Of a stretch of DNA of 37,447 nucleotides, positions 32,139 to 37,447 are shown piece by piece. The notes beneath the pieces are model-generated. The model was not told the DNA's origin. It searched no databases and saw only the letters and a list, made by a program, of their open reading frames with translations. The DNA is from Verrucomicrobiota bacterium (lineage in GTDB: Bacteria; Verrucomicrobiota; Kiritimatiellia; RFP12; UBA1067), in assembly GCA_016288465.1 (NCBI GenBank), contig JAEEZC010000363.1:1-37447 (forward strand). The letters are read 5' to 3'. The position numbers and the translations under genes were made by a program. Positions within the stretch are counted from its first letter, which is position 1. Each line of letters begins with the position of its first letter.

Positions 32139-32342
32139 CAGTCACCTTCACTTCTGGTGTCACATAACGAATGCAAAGCTCAAAACGGACAGTTCCAACG
32201 CTGCGTATTCAAGCGTTTTCCCTCTATTCCGTAGTGTTTTGGGCGATTTCCGCCCGTTCACGCACCCTGAAACCGCCGCAGACAGGGGCCAGACCGCTGG
32301 CGCTTAGGTATATTAACACCGAGCGGCTGGCGAGGGGCGGGG

Positions 32343-33122
32343 TTAGAGGTCGTCGAAGCCGAGGATGTCCATGCCTGCGGTCTTAGCAGTCTCAAGCATC
32401 TTCTCAAGCCACGCGGTCTTCATGTTGATCGTCTTCGCGTCCGGCTCGATGTTGTGGGAGTAGAACACTATCGCCTCGCCACGCTCCGCCGCGCGGCGGA
32501 TGCCGGCGCAGATGTCGTCGATGTCGGTGTTGTACGCCTCGCCGATGCCGACGCCCCTGCAGAGTCTGCCGAGCTCGGAGCGCTTCGTGAACGCGCCGTC
32601 CACTTCGGCGAGCGGCTTAAGGGAGGCGCGCTTCACGTGGTCCTTGTCGAACGGACGCGCGGGGTTCCCGCAACGGAAGTGGCGAAAGCCCTTCTTCGCG
32701 AGGAAGTCGTCGGTCTCGTCCGTGCGGCGGTTATTCGGATAGGCCATCGAGGTCGGAACGATGCCGACCGACGCAAACGCGTCCATCTGCGGCTTGACCT
32801 GCTCAAGCCAGTAGGCCTCGGCGCCGTGCTTCTCGAAGTACGCGGGCGCGTCTGCATGGCTCTTGGTGTGGGGCCCGACCGTGTGGCCCTTGTCGTGAAG
32901 AGCCTTGAGGCATTCAAGGGCGCGGGCGTTGAGGGTGCCGTTCGGGAAGAAGCTCGCGTGCGCGCCGTACTTCTCGAAGAGCGGAATCGCCTTGACCCAG
33001 CGCTCCCAGTTTGGGTCGTCGAAAGTGAGGAACATCACGCCGTTCGTGCGGGACTCGCCTGCGGCGAAAGCCGAGGCCCATGCGGCGACGGCGGCGATCA
33101 AAAAGAATACAATGCGTTTCAT
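32343..33122 (-). CDS. Secreted polysaccharide deacetylase (CE4 family)
   Basis: Signal peptide MKRIVFFLIAAVAAWASAFA; NodB-type motifs FLTFDDP and GPHTKSH. Confidence 0.7.
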   Translation of the reverse strand: MKRIVFFLIAAVAAWASAFAAGESRTNGVMFLTFDDPNWERWVKAIPLFEKYGAHASFFPNGTLNARALECLKALHDKGHTVGPHTKSHADAPAYFEKHGAEAYWLEQVKPQMDAFASVGIVPTSMAYPNNRRTDETDDFLAKKGFRHFRCGNPARPFDKDHVKRASLKPLAEVDGAFTKRSELGRLCRGVGIGEAYNTDIDDICAGIRRAAERGEAIVFYSHNIEPDAKTINMKTAWLEKMLETAKTAGMDILGFDDL

Positions 33123-33130
33123 GAACGAGA

Positions 33131-33139
33131 ATTATACCA
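33131..33139 (-). promoter_or_regulatory. Extended -10 box TGGTATAAT, 8 nt before the ATG at 33122
   Basis: The minus strand reads TAAaatatGGTATAATtctcgttcATG, directly after the stop of the upstream hydrolase gene. Confidence 0.5.
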
Positions 33140-33143
33140 TATT

Positions 33144-34928
33144 TTATTCTCCTCCGCCCCTCGTTTCGTACATGGTCTCGCCGACGGCGCGGGCGGCGTC
33201 CGCTAGGCGCTGGTACGCGGTGTCGCAGACGTCGACGAAGCCAATCTGGTAGTTCTCGCCGTCGCCGCGTCCGACAAGAGGCTGGTCGCGGTACTGGAAC
33301 CAGTGCGAGCCGACGAAGAGAGGATGGCGAAGAGCGCCCTCCACCACGCGCCTGTAGCTACGTCCGCGCGCGCACTGGTCGCTGACAGGGCAGAGTCCGC
33401 CGGAGAACATGCCGCGATGGAGAGTGCCAAAGTGGAACTCCGAATGGAGTACGGGGCGGTCGATCTTCGGCGCGGCGTATGCGCCTTCGGTGAACACGGC
33501 GACGCTGCTCACGTATGAGTTGACGGACACGACGTCGCACCATTTTGCCGCGGCCTGCCAGAGCGCGTCGGAGTTGCGCAGGCTCTTGAACCGGCAGCCG
33601 AGATACAGCTTGTTCGGCGCGACGGACGCGACGGCCTCCTTGCAGGCCTTGAAATACGGCTCAAAGTACGCGCTGTCGGACGGGAAGGTCAGCTCGTTGT
33701 CGATGAAGAACCCGATGCACATCGGGTCGCCGACGGCGACGGAGGCGGCAGAGCCGGCGACGGCGACTGCGGACGCGACGGCGTCCTTCATCTTCGCGGC
33801 GAACGTTTCGTCGAGAGAGTCGTAGAAGCCGCCGGAAAGATACGGGAGGCCCGACGGCTTCGCCACGAGCGTCATCACGTAAGGCTTGCGTCCGAGCTTC
33901 AGAAGGTCGCCATCGGACCAGTTGCCGATTGTGTTCACGCCCCACGAGTCAAGACGCTGCAAAACGAAGTCGTAGTAGGCCCGCCTGAAGTCGTTCGTGG
34001 CGAACTTCTCGCGGAGGTTCCATGTCGGGAAGCTCATCGAGGACTGAGGCGCAACCGAGTACCAGTCGGGATGCTGAAATCCGTTAGGTGCGTCGCTGTC
34101 GGTCTTGACCACGTTGATTCCGATAGAGTAGAAGAGATGGCCGGACGGCGTGACAAGCCACCACTTGCCGTCCACCTTCTCCGTGCGGAAGCTGCCCGTG
34201 GCCTCAAGCTGCGGACCGTTCGCCCAGCCGCCGTACTCGTCCCACGACTTGGGCGCGGACTTGAGGGCCGAGCGTTCGCGGACGAGGTCCGCACGCAGTT
34301 CGTCGGCCGACGAGACCTTGTACCGCCAGTTGCCGTGCGCGTACTGTCCGAACCTGTCCACGAAAGGAAGATAGGCGGACGCTGGGACCTTGCGGGCGTA
34401 GTCCGGCTCGCCGGCAAGCCGCACGTTCGACACGCGGCAGTGGACGAGTCCGTTGAACTGCCCTTCGTAAGGCCAGACGACGAGGAAGGATATGTTCGTG
34501 ATGTTGCGGGTGTCGAGGGTCCTCACGCCCTTGGCGCCCGACGGCGAGGAATAGATGTGCTCGTGGGGCAGATGAAGCTTGACGGTCGTCTTCTCGCCGG
34601 GGTCAAGCGCGGCGCCGACGTATGTCTCGCCGGCGGCGTCCTTGATCTGGAGGCAGAGTCTTTGCTGATGGTCGGCAAGGCTCTCAAGGTCCACCGCAAG
34701 ATAGCGGGCGGACGAGAGGTCGAACGTCGTCCTGCCCGCGGGCGGAAGAAGGCGGAAGCCAGAAGAATACTCCGCGCTCGAACTTTTCAGAACGACCGAG
34801 CCGCCGGGCTCGAAAGTCAGCCTTCCGCTGTACACGGCCTCGACACGGCCGTTGGCGAGGGAGAGCTCGTCGGCACCGGCCGAAAGAGCGAAAGCAAGGG
34901 AAAGGACAATCGAGCGCGTGAGTTTCAT
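33144..34928 (-). CDS. Secreted glycoside hydrolase (clan GH-A-like TIM barrel) with an N-terminal beta-sandwich/CBM-like module
   Basis: AAGGAGG SD and a signal peptide. FRTEKVDGKWWLVTPSGHLFYSIGINVV and FFIDNE (acid/base NE) are typical of (beta/alpha)8 glycanases. The family is not assignable by eye. Confidence 0.55.
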   Translation of the reverse strand: MKLTRSIVLSLAFALSAGADELSLANGRVEAVYSGRLTFEPGGSVVLKSSSAEYSSGFRLLPPAGRTTFDLSSARYLAVDLESLADHQQRLCLQIKDAAGETYVGAALDPGEKTTVKLHLPHEHIYSSPSGAKGVRTLDTRNITNISFLVVWPYEGQFNGLVHCRVSNVRLAGEPDYARKVPASAYLPFVDRFGQYAHGNWRYKVSSADELRADLVRERSALKSAPKSWDEYGGWANGPQLEATGSFRTEKVDGKWWLVTPSGHLFYSIGINVVKTDSDAPNGFQHPDWYSVAPQSSMSFPTWNLREKFATNDFRRAYYDFVLQRLDSWGVNTIGNWSDGDLLKLGRKPYVMTLVAKPSGLPYLSGGFYDSLDETFAAKMKDAVASAVAVAGSAASVAVGDPMCIGFFIDNELTFPSDSAYFEPYFKACKEAVASVAPNKLYLGCRFKSLRNSDALWQAAAKWCDVVSVNSYVSSVAVFTEGAYAAPKIDRPVLHSEFHFGTLHRGMFSGGLCPVSDQCARGRSYRRVVEGALRHPLFVGSHWFQYRDQPLVGRGDGENYQIGFVDVCDTAYQRLADAARAVGETMYETRGGGE

Positions 34929-34941
34929 GGCGTCCTCCTTG

Positions 34942-37447
34942 TCATTGGACTATGAACAATGTGCCGGCGCCGACCTGGCATTCGTAGCAGCCGATGTCGA
35001 TCGCCCTGCCATGCACGCGAGGCTTGCCCGCAAGGTCGGCGGAAGGCAGGAAATTGACCCCTGAAGTGCCCTTGTCGTTGGCCGCGCAGCCGGGCCTGAG
35101 CCTGAAGTCGCCGCGGAGAAAGTCCTTGAAGAGCCTTTCCGCCGACGCTTCGCCGTCCGTCAGGTTGTTCGCGTACGTGCCATGCGCGGTGTCCATCTTG
35201 ACGGACGAGAAGCCGTCCTTGCCGGTCTCGTAGTTGCCGACGACTATGTTGTTGCGGAGACGACCGTACCACGTCGTGCAGTGGACGCCGGCGGAATCGT
35301 CACGAAGCGAGCCTTCGACCTTGTTGCACGCGATGGTGTTGTTCTCGATCTGCGTGTCGTCGTTGCTGCCGCCGAACCTGATGCCGGACGCGCCGTCCCT
35401 TGGCTCGTCGCCGCTAGTCACATAGCTGTTGCAGACGATGAGGCAGTTCGAGACGCGTCCCCTCTTTGCGCCGTTGGCGACGAAGACCGCGCCGCCGGCG
35501 AGGCCCTGGTTGGAAGACGTGCCCTGGACGACATTGTTGGAGACGACGCAGTGCGTGAGAACGCCCGCGCCGGCAAGCTCCACGCCGCCGCCCGCGGCGT
35601 TGGCCGTCTCGCCGTCCACGACCGCGAGGCCGCCTCGGATAACGCAGTTGGAGACGACGCCGGCGACAAGGCGGAGGTTTCCGCCGTTCTGGTTCTTGAC
35701 GCAACCGTTTTCGATGGCAAGATTGGCGACAAGAGCGCCCGCGTTGTTGACCTCAAGCGTGCGATGGTAGTACTGGTTCGGAGACGCGGACGTGTTGCGG
35801 ACTATTACGTCCTCTGGCTTCGCGCCCAGTCCGCGGATGGTGATTGCCCTGCCGAAGGAAATCTGGTCGGCCGTCTCGTAGACGCCCGGAGCGAGAAGGA
35901 GCGTGTAGCCGTCGAGAGCGGACTGCACGGCGGCCTTGAGGTCGCCGTAGCCTGTTTCGGGAGTGTTGTAAGGAAACGCCGCGCCGGACGAATTGTCCGG
36001 CGTGACGTAGACCGTGGAGGAAGCGACTCGCACATAGCCCGCGTAGACCATCTCGGCGCTTTCGCCTCCGCCGACGTCCAGGGCCGAGATCCTGACGGAG
36101 TAGACGCCAGGCTGCGCATATGCGTGGGAAATCGTCGACGCGCCGGTAGTCGCGGGCGCGGAGCCGTCGCCGAAGTCGTAAGTGAAGGTGACGTTCGCAG
36201 GCGCGGCGGCGTTCTCGGAAGCGTGGGCGAAGGTGACGGTCGCAGGGGCGAAGACCTGGTCGTAGACGGCGCTGTCGATGCGCACCGTCATGTCGGGCCT
36301 CTGGTACTCGTAGCATCCTATGTCCACCGTTCCGCTGACTCGCGGGGCGCCGATGAAGTCGACGGCTGAGGCGGAAGCGCCGCGCGGATCGGACGCACCG
36401 GCGTCCACAAGCGCGCCTACGAACGACGGAGAGTAGTCGCTGTTCATGTAGTCGGCGAAGGCGCTCGCGTCGATTAGGACAAGTGTCGGGAACGCCGACT
36501 GCGAAAAGCGCCCGTTGTCCGACGAGAGCGCGCAGTTCACGAAATCACCGGAAGAGGAAGTCGGCAGGTTGCCGTTCCACTCGGCGACGACGCCTTCCTT
36601 GGTGTTGCCGAAGATTACGGTGTTGAAGATGTGCTGCGTGCCGCTCCAGGCCCACACTCCGTACGGCTCGTTGTTCACGACGGTGCAGTTGTAGAGGCTG
36701 GAAGTGCCGCCGAGCAGGACGCCGCCGCATTCGGAGGCTTCCACGAGCGAGTCCTCGACAAGCGCGGAGGAGCTGTTCACGCAGAGGCTGCCGCCATTGT
36801 AGCCCGCGGCGTTGGCGCCGCCGGAAAGACGGCACCTGGAGAGCTTCGATGAGCTGTCCATGAAGACATTGGCGCCCTTCTTGTCGCCTGAAGTCGCCGT
36901 GTTCGTTCCGCATGATATGGACGAGTCCTCCAGCACGCAGCCGCCGTTCATGCGCACGTTGCCTCCGTCATTGACGGCGGCGCCGCCGGTTATGACGCAG
37001 CGCGAGAGGACGCCGCCGTACTGGTAGACGTTGCCGCCGACGTTGTCGCTGACGCCGCCGTAGATCGTGCAGCCGCGGACCGTGCCGGCGTCAAGGTAGA
37101 TGTTGCCGCCGCGCTTCGTGGCGTGTCCGCCGTATATCGCCGAGTCCACGACAAGCGACGAGCCGCTGACGTAGAGGTTGCCGCCTTCGGTGTTGCTGGA
37201 GCTGCTCTTCGCCGTGCCGCCGCGGACGATGCAGTTGGTCACAGTGCCGCCGGACATCTCGATCGCGCCGCCCTTGTCGGCCTTGAACGTGCCCTCGCCG
37301 ACGACGGTGACGTTCTCAAGCCACGACCCGGCCGCCATTCTGAGCGTGCGGTATGTGCCTGCGGACTGGATCACGACCTCTTCGCGAGTCGAGCCCGTGC
37401 CGATGAGCATCGCCTTGAGATTGGGTCCCCACTGATTCGTAGTCGCA
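34942..37447 (-). CDS. Large right-handed beta-helix repeat protein with a central PKD domain (partial; the N-terminus is outside the window)
   Basis: The frame is open to the window edge (..ATTNQWGPNLKAMLIG). There are two beta-helix modules rich in G-G-x-[IV]-x repeats, each ending in ..PRV.G..DIGCYE(Y/C)Q. The PKD signature is VTFTYDFGDGS...HAYAQPGVYSVRISALD. Confidence 0.8.
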   Translation of the reverse strand, partial: ATTNQWGPNLKAMLIGTGSTREEVVIQSAGTYRTLRMAAGSWLENVTVVGEGTFKADKGGAIEMSGGTVTNCIVRGGTAKSSSSNTEGGNLYVSGSSLVVDSAIYGGHATKRGGNIYLDAGTVRGCTIYGGVSDNVGGNVYQYGGVLSRCVITGGAAVNDGGNVRMNGGCVLEDSSISCGTNTATSGDKKGANVFMDSSSKLSRCRLSGGANAAGYNGGSLCVNSSSALVEDSLVEASECGGVLLGGTSSLYNCTVVNNEPYGVWAWSGTQHIFNTVIFGNTKEGVVAEWNGNLPTSSSGDFVNCALSSDNGRFSQSAFPTLVLIDASAFADYMNSDYSPSFVGALVDAGASDPRGASASAVDFIGAPRVSGTVDIGCYEYQRPDMTVRIDSAVYDQVFAPATVTFAHASENAAAPANVTFTYDFGDGSAPATTGASTISHAYAQPGVYSVRISALDVGGGESAEMVYAGYVRVASSTVYVTPDNSSGAAFPYNTPETGYGDLKAAVQSALDGYTLLLAPGVYETADQISFGRAITIRGLGAKPEDVIVRNTSASPNQYYHRTLEVNNAGALVANLAIENGCVKNQNGGNLRLVAGVVSNCVIRGGLAVVDGETANAAGGGVELAGAGVLTHCVVSNNVVQGTSSNQGLAGGAVFVANGAKRGRVSNCLIVCNSYVTSGDEPRDGASGIRFGGSNDDTQIENNTIACNKVEGSLRDDSAGVHCTTWYGRLRNNIVVGNYETGKDGFSSVKMDTAHGTYANNLTDGEASAERLFKDFLRGDFRLRPGCAANDKGTSGVNFLPSADLAGKPRVHGRAIDIGCYECQVGAGTLFIVQ

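Overview
This is a high-GC (about 60%) bacterial chromosomal window. The protein styles (a Tat-signal xylose-isomerase-like TIM barrel, beta-helix/PKD proteins ending in DIGCYE, a YdjY-like secreted protein) suggest a PVC-group organism such as Lentisphaerota or Kiritimatiellota; this placement is low confidence and nothing was searched. The layout has five parts. (i) 1-3.45 kb is a decayed mobile/defence patch. It holds a 24-nt repeat pair at the window edge, a transposase tail and a 275-bp MITE-like element with perfect TIRs and a 6-bp target duplication. It also holds the 3' stump of a restriction-modification-type methylase, a Y1 (HUH) transposase that appears fused to a DprA-like domain and carries REP-like hairpins, a 3'-truncated GIY-YIG/helicase gene, and about 480 bp of non-coding DNA bounded by direct repeats. 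(ii) 3.5-11.6 kb, plus strand, carries a secreted 5'-nucleotidase, potABC with a family-3 amino-acid binding lipoprotein, an AICAR-transformylase-only PurH-like protein and a Tat-exported TIM-barrel enzyme. (iii) 11.6-26.6 kb is one roughly 15-kb minus-strand array with many 4-nt start/stop overlaps: TPR, LolA-like, AsmA-like, glgP, hslO, alr, guaB, lepB, Ser/Thr kinase, aminotransferase and two unknown envelope proteins. (iv) 26.6-31.9 kb holds gatB followed by a tightly packed (partly overlapping) module of unknown function: an alkaline-phosphatase-superfamily enzyme, a U32-like Cys-cluster protein, an O-methyltransferase, a DUF486 transporter and an HNH nuclease. I consider this the best candidate for an undescribed system. 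(v) 32.3-37.4 kb is a glycan cluster with a CE4 deacetylase, a glycoside hydrolase and a large duplicated beta-helix/PKD protein that runs off the window. A recurring signal is TATAAT, usually as TGnTATAAT, placed 6-8 nt before the start codon of six genes, which implies leaderless mRNAs. All functional calls rest on motif recognition from the translated ORFs; no database search was possible.
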